Below the pieces are notes generated by a model, which did not search any database, was not told the origin of the DNA, and worked only from the letters and a program-made list of their open reading frames with translations. A DNA stretch of 64,000 nucleotides, taken from NCBI GenBank assembly GCA_002697535.1, contig NZWE01000008.1, positions 5,796 to 69,795 of the forward strand. The letters run 5' to 3'. Of the stretch, positions 38,448 through 47,951 are shown piece by piece; the first letter of the stretch is position 1, and every line of letters starts with the position of its first letter. Source of the DNA: Actinomycetota bacterium (GTDB lineage Bacteria > Margulisbacteria > Marinamargulisbacteria > GCA-2716485 > GCA-002719695). Both the position numbers and the translations under genes were made by a program.

Positions 38448-39937
38448 TTTTAATATCAGCGAGTTTATGCTTTTTAGCATTTCCTTCGTTTGATAGTTAT
38501 TGGCTTCAATGTATTTCATTAGTCCCCTTATTATTTGTCTTTCATAAATCGTACTTAAACTGTTTTCAGCTTCCTTATTTCACACAACTTCGAAATCTTT
38601 CTTTACTTGGTTTTATTTTTGGCTTAGTTTATATGGGATTGACTAACCTCTGGGTTTTTGAACTTATTGAATTTTCTAACCTCCCTAAGATTATTAGCTT
38701 GTTTATTATCTATACCATTTATGAAGCACTCTTTTTTGGACTGATTGCCTGTTGTTATCGATTGTGTCACTGTAAAGCGTTCTTACTCCCCTTTATTTGG
38801 ATCGTATTTGAATGGCTTAAATCATATGGACCCTATGGCTCTCCTAATGGTGTTTTAGGCTATAGCCAAGCTAATAATATCCTTATCAATCATTTTGCTA
38901 GTTTAGGGGGTGTTTATGCTGTCTCTTTTATCTGTGTTTTTATTAATAGTTTACTCTTTCTAACAATCTTATCCATCACCCAAAAACATCACCGTCGTTC
39001 TTTTTTGTATTTATTTACTATTATTTTAATATTATTTTCATCACATTTTTATCACCTCCCCTCTGCATCATCACCTCAGTCTTTTAATGTTGCTAGTGTA
39101 CAAGCTAATCATCCTATGCCATATAAATTTAAACGTAAAAATAGAGCTGCTATTCGACAAGATTATATTCAGATCTCACAAGATGCTATTAAACAGCATA
39201 AACTTGATCTTATTATCTGGCCTGAAACAATTACGGCTAGTTTAAATTTAAATTTTAAATCGCTGATGAGCCCTATCCAAACTATGACACAGCATGATAC
39301 AGCTTTTATCTTTGGCTCACCTCGTAAAGAAAATGGTCATTATTATAATACAGCAGCCTTTATTACTTCTAAGAATAGAGTTACCTACGATAAAATTCAA
39401 TTGATGCCTTTTGGTGAATATTGGCCACTAAAGCGTGTATTTCAATTTTTTAAGCTAGATAATATTATTCCAGGAAGCGAATTTACCCATGGAAAAACGC
39501 CAACCTTATTTGATCTTAATGCTATTCAAATAGCACCGATTATTTGTTTAGAATCTACTAATTCATGTTTATCTCGTACTTATGCTAACCAAGGTGCTGA
39601 TATTCTTGTTTCATTGGTTAATAATGCCTGGTTTAAAGGCAGCTCTATAGCAGCTAGACAACTACAAATGTTACAGTTTCGTTCTATCGAAGTAGGCTTA
39701 CCTAGTATACAATCCGCTAATATGGGCTTTACCTGTTTTATTAATGCTTCTGGTAAAATCACAGGCATATTAGATAAATATCAACAAGATTATCTATTTC
39801 AAAGCATTGATTGTGTGAGCATTAATACTCCATTTCGAAATTGGGGTAATGGTGTTGTGTTGGTAGCCTTTATAATTACTTTGGGCTATTTATTACGTAG
39901 TTATTACTACTATCTAATGGATAGGGGTAGGTTATAG
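38426..39937 (+). CDS. lnt: apolipoprotein N-acyltransferase
   Basis: N-terminal multi-TM region plus a CN-hydrolase domain (LIIWPET, MPFGEYWP, APIICLES). 503 aa. Confidence 0.85.
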   Translation: MAIQSLLILISASLCFLAFPSFDSYWLQCISLVPLLFVFHKSYLNCFQLPYFTQLRNLSLLGFIFGLVYMGLTNLWVFELIEFSNLPKIISLFIIYTIYEALFFGLIACCYRLCHCKAFLLPFIWIVFEWLKSYGPYGSPNGVLGYSQANNILINHFASLGGVYAVSFICVFINSLLFLTILSITQKHHRRSFLYLFTIILILFSSHFYHLPSASSPQSFNVASVQANHPMPYKFKRKNRAAIRQDYIQISQDAIKQHKLDLIIWPETITASLNLNFKSLMSPIQTMTQHDTAFIFGSPRKENGHYYNTAAFITSKNRVTYDKIQLMPFGEYWPLKRVFQFFKLDNIIPGSEFTHGKTPTLFDLNAIQIAPIICLESTNSCLSRTYANQGADILVSLVNNAWFKGSSIAARQLQMLQFRSIEVGLPSIQSANMGFTCFINASGKITGILDKYQQDYLFQSIDCVSINTPFRNWGNGVVLVAFIITLGYLLRSYYYYLMDRGRL

Positions 39938-39962
39938 AACTGAAAACTAATTGTTTTCAGTT
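39938..39962. terminator. bidirectional stem-loop between convergent lnt and the fliG-like gene
   Basis: AACTGAAAAC-taatt-GTTTTCAGTT forms a 10-bp stem with a 5-nt loop, placed directly between the two stop codons. There is no clean U-tract. Confidence 0.45.
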
Positions 39963-39968
39963 TGATGA

Positions 39969-40595
39969 TTAAAAATCAAAGTTTTCAACTTCAGTTTCTT
40001 GCTCTTGATTTGTCTCTGCTTGCTTTTTTTCTTCTTCAATCTCTTCTGCTGTTTTTAATACAATCAAATCAAATAATCGTTTAAATATACGTTCAGCCAT
40101 CGGCGTAGCTTCTACTTTACATGTTTGATACGCTGCTATTTTTTCGTCTGCCATATGTTCTTGGATAGCGTTTCCCAATTCTTCTTCAACATATTTAAAG
40201 AAAAATGCAATCATCTGGTTTTCTTGAGAACTCAAATGTGATGCTATGGTTTCTAATGACCGATAATTTTCCGGAAAGAGCTTCTCTTCTGGGATCACTT
40301 CTTCTTCCTCAGGTTCTTCTTCTCTATCTTCCATTTCTTCTTCTTTTTCTTCTTCTTCTTCTGAAAATAAATCGTCTTCACCACTATCTGATATTTCAAA
40401 TTCTTTTTCGCTAACTCCTTCTAATACTAATGTTAAAAACTCTCCCATTTCTTCATCATTAATCGTTGGTACATCATCTAAAGTTGAGGTTAATATGGTA
40501 GCACTTTCCTCTGATAAATGTTTTAAAACATCCGTACTCTTTTCTTCAATTAAACTAATTAATAATTGAGATTTTTGCTTTCCTGTTAAGTTCAT
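39969..40595 (-). CDS. short FliG-like protein (N-terminal FliF-binding domain, acidic insert and one ARM-like segment; no C-terminal torque domain)
   Basis: The start overlaps the fliF stop (ATGA). LTGKQKSQLLISLIEEKSTDVLKHLSEE resembles the FliG N-terminus. Only 208 aa against my recollection of about 330 aa for FliG. Contains an E-rich stretch. Confidence 0.5.
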   Translation of the reverse strand: MNLTGKQKSQLLISLIEEKSTDVLKHLSEESATILTSTLDDVPTINDEEMGEFLTLVLEGVSEKEFEISDSGEDDLFSEEEEEKEEEMEDREEEPEEEEVIPEEKLFPENYRSLETIASHLSSQENQMIAFFFKYVEEELGNAIQEHMADEKIAAYQTCKVEATPMAERIFKRLFDLIVLKTAEEIEEEKKQAETNQEQETEVENFDF

Positions 40596-42220
40596 GATGC
40601 AACCTCTTCTAGCACAAAATCTTCTTCTAATTCAGTTTGAGCTTCTTCAGTTTGCTCATTGCTATCGTCCTCTTTTTCCTTTAACCAATCTTCCATAATA
40701 GCCGCTAATTTTTCTGGAAATTCGACTGCTAATTCTCTTAATTTCTCTAATTTTGTATCATTATCAAGATCTTCGTCTTCTTCTAAATCACCATCATCCA
40801 GATTATCAAATTCATCTTCATTGATATTTTCAACAACTTTATTTTCTTCACGTCGTGCTTTTCGTATAAATCGTATTACAAATATAATGATGGCAATACC
40901 CACTATAATGCTTGCTGCTAACAAAAGATAATCTAATAATCCTTGTCTAGTATGCTTGGCTATTAATGCTTTTTTCTCGCTCTCTGTATAAATAGGAAAC
41001 TCAGCAATACTTAATTGTATGGAATCTCTACCTCTGATATACCCTACTGATCCAGCTACTGTTTGAAATACCTGCTGCTTAAAGGCTTTATCTACAAAAA
41101 TATCATCATTTAATCCATCAATTACAATACTTATGGTTTGTCTTTTTATATCAACTATATTTCCATTTTCAAGTGGTCCTAAATCTGATGTTACCTCAAC
41201 TTTAAACGATGCAATTGGCATAATTCCAAATAATTGTTTTTCTACTTTTTGTTTTAACGTATTCTCAAAATTCCACTTTATTTCAAACCATTCTTGTATA
41301 CGATCATAATTAGGGATTATAGGACTTCCCATTGCCTCTTCTCGACTAATGGCTGCTAAAATAGGGGCTCGGCTTTTTTCTTCTGCTACATATGTTCCGG
41401 CTCGTTTTGATGCTAATCTTTCAAAAAGACTATCCGATAATAGATTTCCCTCTGTATCAATAACGGATACATTTTCTACTTGCAAATTTTCAACTGCATT
41501 TGACACTAATTGAATAATACTAAAGACAATTTCATCCGTTATCTCACTTCCTTGAATAATTCGTATAATAATCGATGATGTCACAGGCGGTTGAGTTACT
41601 GTAAATAAACGCTGTTCTGGTAATACAATTTGTACTTTTGCTGATTCAATAATATCTAATTGTGTAATTGCTTTTTCTAATTCGCCTGACAAGGCTCTTA
41701 AAAACCGAATCCGTTTATCAAATTCTGTTACGCCTAAGGTTTGAGCATCATCTAATAATTCATACCCACTCTTTGCTTTTCCTGATGGAATTCCTTTAAT
41801 GGCCAACAAATTTCTTGCTAGTTCCGCTTCATCTTCTGCTACTAAAATTGTAAATTTTTGACCATTTTGTTCGGTTTTAAATTGTATTTCTGCTAAACTA
41901 ATTTCTTTTAAAATTTTGCTCGTATCGCCACCATCTAACTGACTAAATAATTTTACATACTTTATTTTTTTTCTACTTTTCTTACTTTTATCTACTTTAT
42001 TTTTTGATACCATTATATTTTTGTTACTATGCTTACTAACGGATTTATTTGACTCATTACCTCTTCCTAACATTGTTAGCAATATCACAATAATAATAAC
42101 GCCTGCTATTAATCCCCCAATAATGAATTGTCTATTTGACTGTTTTGGAGGCAATGGCTCTGGTTGGGAAACTGGTTCCTCTAATGTGGGTTCTTCTTGA
42201 ATTATTTCTTCTTCAGCCAT
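40592..42220 (-). CDS. fliF: flagellar M-ring protein
   Basis: N-terminal TM helix, an LAEIQFK...ILV...ARNLLAIKGIP region, a second TM helix near the C-terminus, and an acidic C-terminal FliG-binding tail (LRELAVEFPEKLAAIMEDWL). Confidence 0.9.
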   Translation of the reverse strand: MAEEEIIQEEPTLEEPVSQPEPLPPKQSNRQFIIGGLIAGVIIIVILLTMLGRGNESNKSVSKHSNKNIMVSKNKVDKSKKSRKKIKYVKLFSQLDGGDTSKILKEISLAEIQFKTEQNGQKFTILVAEDEAELARNLLAIKGIPSGKAKSGYELLDDAQTLGVTEFDKRIRFLRALSGELEKAITQLDIIESAKVQIVLPEQRLFTVTQPPVTSSIIIRIIQGSEITDEIVFSIIQLVSNAVENLQVENVSVIDTEGNLLSDSLFERLASKRAGTYVAEEKSRAPILAAISREEAMGSPIIPNYDRIQEWFEIKWNFENTLKQKVEKQLFGIMPIASFKVEVTSDLGPLENGNIVDIKRQTISIVIDGLNDDIFVDKAFKQQVFQTVAGSVGYIRGRDSIQLSIAEFPIYTESEKKALIAKHTRQGLLDYLLLAASIIVGIAIIIFVIRFIRKARREENKVVENINEDEFDNLDDGDLEEDEDLDNDTKLEKLRELAVEFPEKLAAIMEDWLKEKEDDSNEQTEEAQTELEEDFVLEEVAS

Positions 42221-42309
42221 ATTTAATAATTGTTATATGATATATATGTTTATTTTACATTAGACTTACTACATAAGTCACGTAAATAGACTGATTTATT
42301 ATTAATTTT

Positions 42310-42873
42310 TTAAATAGCTAACTGCGTTATTTCTTTAAATGTTTGCGTAGCAGATGATAAAACGGTTGTTGCAAATGATACGGCTAAATTTAACTTCATT
42401 GTCTCAACACTCACTTCATCTAACGAAACTTTTCCTTCAATATATTGCTCTGTTAAATCATTTACTCGATATTCCATTGTACTAATACTTTCTAGCACCT
42501 CTATTGATTTATCTAATAACATTTGAAATGGTGTTACTTCTACACGATTCGTACTCAGATAAACATTTTCATCATCTTGTCCTTGAACATTTTGACGTCT
42601 ATTTTGATTATTTTGAACTTCACGAAATATGTTTTCTATTTCTTCCGGTGCTAATGCCTGCGCTAACAGCTCTCTATTTTCTTCTTCTGATACAATTCTT
42701 GGTTTTTGATTAAAGTTATAATCAATTCCATCGACATCATTTGGATTAACCCCATTTAATGCTTCATCAAAAAAGTTTTGAAATGGTACCTTTGGCATCA
42801 TTTCTTTATTAACAGCATTTGCCTTTTGAGGTTTCATTTGCATCATATCCAAAGGGTCTAATTTCTTATTCAT
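42310..42873 (-). CDS. fliE: flagellar hook-basal body protein FliE with a ~90-aa N-terminal extension
   Basis: The C-terminal ~85 aa (FQMLLDKSIEVL...GKVSLDEVSVETMKLNLAVSF...FKEITQLAI) follow the FliE pattern. Lies between flgC and fliF. Confidence 0.7.
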   Translation of the reverse strand: MNKKLDPLDMMQMKPQKANAVNKEMMPKVPFQNFFDEALNGVNPNDVDGIDYNFNQKPRIVSEEENRELLAQALAPEEIENIFREVQNNQNRRQNVQGQDDENVYLSTNRVEVTPFQMLLDKSIEVLESISTMEYRVNDLTEQYIEGKVSLDEVSVETMKLNLAVSFATTVLSSATQTFKEITQLAI

Positions 42874-43319
42874 TTTAATAATTCCATTGTAGACTGGTAC
42901 ATCGCTTTTGTCAGTTTAAATGCATTAATATTTGCTTCATACATAGCCTCTGTGTGCTTTAGTGTTACCATTTCATTTGGCATATTAACATTCGGCAAAT
43001 AAAAATATCCATCTTCATCGGACTGTGGCGCCGCTGGATCAAAGTATCGACTAAATGGCTCTGTACTTCGTTCAATATCAACTACCTTTACACCAATATC
43101 GGAGGCTTCTAATACTAAATATTTTTTTTGGTAGGGCAATCCTGTTTCTTCATCTTTTAAAGTCATTAAGTTGGCAACATTTTCTGCCGTCATTGTCATT
43201 TTCATCCGCTGAGAAACAATACCACTCATATTGATCTGGAATGCATCTTCTAATGTACTTAACTGTGCGGCTATTGGTGATAGTAATATTAAACTGATAA
43301 TGATTACTTTAATCAACAT
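42870..43319 (-). CDS. flgC: flagellar basal-body rod protein FlgC (with a hydrophobic N-terminal leader)
   Basis: FQINMSGIVSQRMKMTMTAENVAN and a C-terminal YEANINAFKLTKAMYQSTMELL. ATG at 43319, with a GTG alternative at 43322. Confidence 0.85.
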   Translation of the reverse strand: MLIKVIIISLILLSPIAAQLSTLEDAFQINMSGIVSQRMKMTMTAENVANLMTLKDEETGLPYQKKYLVLEASDIGVKVVDIERSTEPFSRYFDPAAPQSDEDGYFYLPNVNMPNEMVTLKHTEAMYEANINAFKLTKAMYQSTMELLK

Positions 43320-43321
43320 CA

Positions 43322-43708
43322 CTAGCGTTTTCCCATTGTAGCTATCTGCCGATAGGTATCAAACCGTTTTTTATATAACGTCAAGTAACTTGCTTGTAAA
43401 TTTCTGTTTTTTGCCATGCTCGCTGACATATGCTCTAATAATACTTTTTTTCTTAACTCACTATTATTTGGAATAATTTGATTTAATTCTTCCTGGTCTT
43501 CTGGATACAGAACCGGCTCAAAGCCAGGAGTGGTAATATTAGCAATATTATACGAAAAAAGCGCATGCTTTTTTGTTGCTTTATAAATTGCTTTTTCTAA
43601 TTTTTGATCAGCTGGATACAATGCCAATTTACCTTCATTTTGCTGTGCCCATATCGATCCACTTAAATATATAAGTATACTTATGGCTATTAATTGATAT
43701 TTATTCAT
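43322..43708 (-). CDS. flgB: flagellar basal-body rod protein FlgB (with a hydrophobic N-terminal leader)
   Basis: NIANITTPGFEP motif, 128 aa, positioned before flgC. Confidence 0.8.
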   Translation of the reverse strand: MNKYQLIAISILIYLSGSIWAQQNEGKLALYPADQKLEKAIYKATKKHALFSYNIANITTPGFEPVLYPEDQEELNQIIPNNSELRKKVLLEHMSASMAKNRNLQASYLTLYKKRFDTYRQIATMGKR

Positions 43709-44423
43709 TCTGTTTCAATCCTTCTAATCGATGTTTTAATCTATCTAAAACATTCATATGAATACGACATATTCGACTTTTAGATAACTTTAAATGCTTA
43801 GCAATTTCTACTTGCTTAAGTCCATGTATATAAAATAATTCTATAACATCTTTGTCGGGATGTTCTAGATCATAAATCTCTTTCCATAAAAAATCATAAT
43901 TTTCATCCACAACTTCTATCTCAGGGTCTTTTGTTCCTTTACTTTCAGATATATTTTGCTTCATATCGCCTGATATATAATGAACAAACGTCGCTGATTC
44001 AACTGCCTCATTAACCTTTTCTTTAGGCTTACTATTAGACTCATTTATAGTATCTTCGATAAACTCTGATAATGTTTCTTGTAATTTTTTTCTTCTGTCA
44101 CGGTACTCTTGAGGAATTCGTGAATTCCATTCATTACGAATTGAATCCAATATTTCACCTCTAATACGATAATAAGCATAGGTTTGAAATTTAGTTTTCA
44201 AGTCTTTCTTAAACCCTTTTTTAGCTTTTAATAATCCTTCAACTCCCCAACTAATTAAATCTCCATAATCAATACAACTAGGAACTTTCCCTGCATGTAA
44301 AATTTTTGATGCAATGTTTTTTATTAATGGCATATGCTCATTAATAAACTCTTCAGAATGCCCTCTATCTTTTCGAGCATCATTATATTGTAGTTTAGTT
44401 ATATCAACGTTTTTCTTTGACAT
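43701..44423 (-). CDS. fliA: sigma-70-family sigma factor, FliA/sigma-28 type
   Basis: Region 2 (FQTYAYYRIRGEILDSIR) and a region 4 HTH (GLKQVEIAKHLKLSKSRICRIH). 240 aa, embedded in the flagellar cluster. Confidence 0.8.
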   Translation of the reverse strand: MSKKNVDITKLQYNDARKDRGHSEEFINEHMPLIKNIASKILHAGKVPSCIDYGDLISWGVEGLLKAKKGFKKDLKTKFQTYAYYRIRGEILDSIRNEWNSRIPQEYRDRRKKLQETLSEFIEDTINESNSKPKEKVNEAVESATFVHYISGDMKQNISESKGTKDPEIEVVDENYDFLWKEIYDLEHPDKDVIELFYIHGLKQVEIAKHLKLSKSRICRIHMNVLDRLKHRLEGLKQNE

Positions 44424-44426
44424 TTT

Positions 44427-44759
44427 TTATTCCCTAAAATATTCATCTAAGTTTAATAAATCTTGATCTGCTAAATATTTAGATAGTTGCCTTGCATAAA
44501 TTACATTCATTAATTCATTTGATTGTTTTGTATCATAAATGGCATCCTCTTCAATTTCAATAACACTTGTTGATTTAAATAACGGTTGTACAAATATTTG
44601 TTGAATAAATAATGCTTGCATTTTTTTCATAGCATCTTCCTCACTGCCAATTTCATAATTTGGATTTAATAACTGATAATAACTCATATCAGGCATCTGT
44701 CCTACTACACTAGCTGTGAATATTAACATCAAACTTATTATATAAAAAATTGTCTTCAT
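44427..44759 (-). CDS. rod-binding protein (FlgJ N-terminal domain-like), no muramidase domain
   Basis: In the position after flgI. MQALFIQQIFVQPLFKS and YARQLSKYLADQD resemble the Rod_binding domain. 110 aa with a signal-like N-terminus. Confidence 0.5.
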   Translation of the reverse strand: MKTIFYIISLMLIFTASVVGQMPDMSYYQLLNPNYEIGSEEDAMKKMQALFIQQIFVQPLFKSTSVIEIEEDAIYDTKQSNELMNVIYARQLSKYLADQDLLNLDEYFRE

Positions 44760-45826
44760 AATATTTCTAAATCAGCTACAAGAGCTCCTGACTCTTTTAA
44801 TGCTTGGATAATATTAATTAATTCTTTAGGTGTTACACCTATTTGGTTTAATGAATTCACTAAATTTGATAAGGTATCAGCTGCCTCTAAATAAACTAAC
44901 GGTTTTTTTGATTCATTTATTGTAATAGGATCTTCTTGTGCCCCAAATAACCCTCCGGCATCATTATTAATTTTTATTGAAACGCCTCCATGAGTAATTG
45001 CAACAGGAAATAATTTAACATTTTCTCCAATAATGATCGTTCCTGTTTTTGAATTCACAACAATTCGTGATGATACATCAGGTGTAATTTCTATATTCTC
45101 AATTTCAGATATAGCTGTTATTAAATCGGAAGACTTTAAATCTTCTAATGGAATTTTAATGGTATTGCCATCTATTGCTTTGGCGCCCTTATAGCCTTTC
45201 TCTTGTAATGCTTTCATCGCTTTTGCTACTGTAAAGAAATTTGGTCTATCTAAAACCATTGTAATATTATGTTGATCTGTAAACGTTACTGGCACCTCAG
45301 CTTCTACTATAGCTCCATTTGGTATTGAGCCTACCGTTGCTTGATTTCTATAAAGCTGTGTTGTCGCAGATACTTCACTTGCTCCATCAATGACTATATT
45401 TCCTTGCGCTACAGCATATGTTTTCATGTCAGGTCCCATCATTGGGGTCATAATTAATGTTCCCCCAATCAAAGAACTTGCATCTCCTAATGCTGATACC
45501 GTTACTGATATACGTTGACCCTTTTTTAAAAATGATGGTAAATTGGCTGTTACTAAAACAGAGGCTGCATTTCTAGCATTTAAATTTACGCCACTTATTG
45601 AAACTCCCATTTTTGATAATAAGTTTCTTAAAGCATTATTTGTTAAACCGGCAGCTCTAGAATCACCACTTCCTCTTAGCCCCACAACAATCCCATACCC
45701 TGCCAATTGATTGTCTCTTGATTCAATTAATTTCCCAATATCTTTTAATCGTACAGTATTAGACTGAGAATAAGATAGACTCCCTAACAAACTTAACATT
45801 ATTAAAATAGATGTTAAAATTTTCAT
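44756..45826 (-). CDS. flgI: flagellar P-ring protein
   Basis: Signal peptide, RLKDIGKLIESRDNQLAGYGIVVGLRGSGD, and a C-terminal LKESGALVADLEIL. Confidence 0.95.
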   Translation of the reverse strand: MKILTSILIMLSLLGSLSYSQSNTVRLKDIGKLIESRDNQLAGYGIVVGLRGSGDSRAAGLTNNALRNLLSKMGVSISGVNLNARNAASVLVTANLPSFLKKGQRISVTVSALGDASSLIGGTLIMTPMMGPDMKTYAVAQGNIVIDGASEVSATTQLYRNQATVGSIPNGAIVEAEVPVTFTDQHNITMVLDRPNFFTVAKAMKALQEKGYKGAKAIDGNTIKIPLEDLKSSDLITAISEIENIEITPDVSSRIVVNSKTGTIIIGENVKLFPVAITHGGVSIKINNDAGGLFGAQEDPITINESKKPLVYLEAADTLSNLVNSLNQIGVTPKELINIIQALKESGALVADLEIL

Positions 45827-45827
45827 A

Positions 45828-46436
45828 CTAAAACAACCAATTAAATACTTTCGTCATAATACCAGGAGATTGCTTTGAAGCTACTACCCCACTTCCATGT
45901 ACTGAAATTTCAGCTTTAGCAACTTGATATGAATAGACTGAATTCTTTGGAGAAATATCTTGAGGCCGAATAACACCTGCTACTCGAATTGTCTCCAACT
46001 CATCATTGACTTTTACTTTATGAATTCCTTCAACATATAAATTTCCATTATCTAATATTTCAGTGACTACTGATGAAACGACCGCCTTAACCTGACTTCT
46101 ACGCGAGGTTTGTCCCGATCCTTCATACTTATCATCACCATTTAACCCATATTGTCTTTTTTGATTTAACGTTTCATTTCCTAATAAATTTCCTACTTGC
46201 TCCCAATTATTTTGAATTGAAGCGCCTAACCGCGATTCTCTTTCTGTACTGGTTGATGCTTGCTGTGCCGCTGATGTTGATTCTGACACATAAATCGTAA
46301 TGATATCACCAACTCGGATTAGCCGTCTGTTAACACCATAAAACGGTGTTTTCGCATTATCAAATAACGAATCTGCGACAACCTCCATAGGCCATAGCAA
46401 ACTAATTAGAACTAATAAGAATATGTTTTTTATCAA
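45828..46436 (-). CDS. flgH: flagellar L-ring protein
   Basis: VGDIITIYVSESTSAA, GNLYVEGIHKVKVNDELETIRVAGVIRPQDI. The signal peptide has no lipobox Cys. Confidence 0.9.
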   Translation of the reverse strand: MIKNIFLLVLISLLWPMEVVADSLFDNAKTPFYGVNRRLIRVGDIITIYVSESTSAAQQASTSTERESRLGASIQNNWEQVGNLLGNETLNQKRQYGLNGDDKYEGSGQTSRRSQVKAVVSSVVTEILDNGNLYVEGIHKVKVNDELETIRVAGVIRPQDISPKNSVYSYQVAKAEISVHGSGVVASKQSPGIMTKVFNWLF

Positions 46437-47121
46437 TTACTTTTCCTCTTAATATTTTTTTTGTTTCTGTCTTCATTCGAATCATATCACCTATCATCCC
46501 TGAATCTAATGCTGTAACATCCGATTTAATCTCAAAGCCTGATGATTTGATAACTAATTTTACATGTTCTCCTTTTTGCACATCAGGAACAAGTTCAATC
46601 CATCGATCTGAAAATGCAATTCCTTTTATCATCGATCGTTTTGTTTGCTTTCCTATAATAATATCTTTATTAAAAATATAATCTTCGGATCGTGATGTTA
46701 ACTTAATTCTTTTTTGAGTAATATCATTATTAGAAATAATATCATTTGTTTTTATTTTTCTATTAGATACATAAACATCTCCATAGACGCTGGTTTCTAA
46801 AGCACATTTTTCTGTTTTAATAATTGTATTTTCTTCTGATAAAAATGCCGTATCTAATATAATCTTTCCCATTAAGGTTTGTGGTTTTGCTAAATCTACA
46901 AAGATATAAAAGACATCTTTAGAAATATCATTAAAAATTTCTGAGTTTTTTATCTCGACATTCACGTCTGGATTTTTTACATCTCCCATTTGTCCTAGTA
47001 TTTGATTTTCAATTTCAGTCTCTAATATTGTACTAGAAAAATTAGCAACACTATATTGCTTTGCAGATAGATTAACTGAAAAAAATACTGCTAATAAAAT
47101 TACCCAAAACACTCTCAACAT
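46402..47121 (-). CDS. flgA: flagellar P-ring assembly chaperone
   Basis: Signal peptide. C-terminal VQKGEHVKLVIKSSGFEIKSDVTALDSGMIGDMIRMK...RGKVID follows the FlgA pattern. Confidence 0.7.
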   Translation of the reverse strand: MLRVFWVILLAVFFSVNLSAKQYSVANFSSTILETEIENQILGQMGDVKNPDVNVEIKNSEIFNDISKDVFYIFVDLAKPQTLMGKIILDTAFLSEENTIIKTEKCALETSVYGDVYVSNRKIKTNDIISNNDITQKRIKLTSRSEDYIFNKDIIIGKQTKRSMIKGIAFSDRWIELVPDVQKGEHVKLVIKSSGFEIKSDVTALDSGMIGDMIRMKTETKKILRGKVIDKKHILISSN

Positions 47122-47124
47122 TAT

Positions 47125-47928
47125 TTATTTTCCTATATCACTCGCTGCCTTTAACATTGCATCTGCTGATTTAATGGTCGAGTTTACTAACTCAAATGTT
47201 CGCTGACATAACAACATATTCATCATTTCTTCAATGATATTAACATTTGAAAACTCTAATGCTCTTTGCTTTACCATCCCAACACCATTTTCACCAGGAA
47301 TTGTTAACTCTGGATCGCCTGATGCAGCTGTTGCTCTAAATAAATTTTGACCAACGTCTTTTAATCCTCCTGCATTTGGAAAATTCACTAAATAAACCTG
47401 ACCTATTTCTGTTGGCTGGACAGTATTTGCTGTTTGAGCAAACACCTCACCTGCTTCATTAATAATAATTTCAGTCGTATTAGCTGGTATTGTAATAGCT
47501 GGATCAAGTGGATGCCCATTTGGATTTAATACATTACCTTCTGCATCTGCATGCAGGTTTCCAGCCCTACTAAACCCATAGGTTCCATCTGGCATTAAAA
47601 ATTGTAAAAATCCTTTTCCTTCTATAGCAACATCCAGTTGTTGATTTGTCATTTCAATTGATCCGGTTGTAAAGTCTTTTGTTACATCAACAATACGTAT
47701 TCCTTGACCATACTCTAAGTATTTCTTACGTTTTCGTCCTGCACCCGGTGATACCTCATCAAACTCTGAATAGGCTCTTTCTAATACTAATGGAAATAAA
47801 CTCTCCATTTCCATACGCTTCTTTTTATATCCAACCGTTTGCGCATTCGCAATATTGTTTGCAATAACCTGCATTTTTCTTTCATAAGAAAAATATGCTG
47901 ATTTTGCCATAAATAACTGTGATAACAT
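47125..47928 (-). CDS. flgG: flagellar distal rod protein
   Basis: NNIANAQTVGYKKKR at the N-terminus and ALEFSNVNIIEEMMNMLLCQRTFE at the C-terminus. 267 aa. Confidence 0.9.
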   Translation of the reverse strand: MLSQLFMAKSAYFSYERKMQVIANNIANAQTVGYKKKRMEMESLFPLVLERAYSEFDEVSPGAGRKRKKYLEYGQGIRIVDVTKDFTTGSIEMTNQQLDVAIEGKGFLQFLMPDGTYGFSRAGNLHADAEGNVLNPNGHPLDPAITIPANTTEIIINEAGEVFAQTANTVQPTEIGQVYLVNFPNAGGLKDVGQNLFRATAASGDPELTIPGENGVGMVKQRALEFSNVNIIEEMMNMLLCQRTFELVNSTIKSADAMLKAASDIGK

Positions 47929-47951
47929 GTTGCTTTCCTCCTTTTATGTTT

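Noticed and set aside
40205-40931. Plus-strand ORFs 40205..40414 and 40659..40931 (poly-L/S/F translations) opposite the fliG-like and fliF genes
   Set aside because: They are antisense images of the Glu/Asp-rich coding stretches of the flagellar genes (GAA/GAT read backwards gives TTC/ATC runs).
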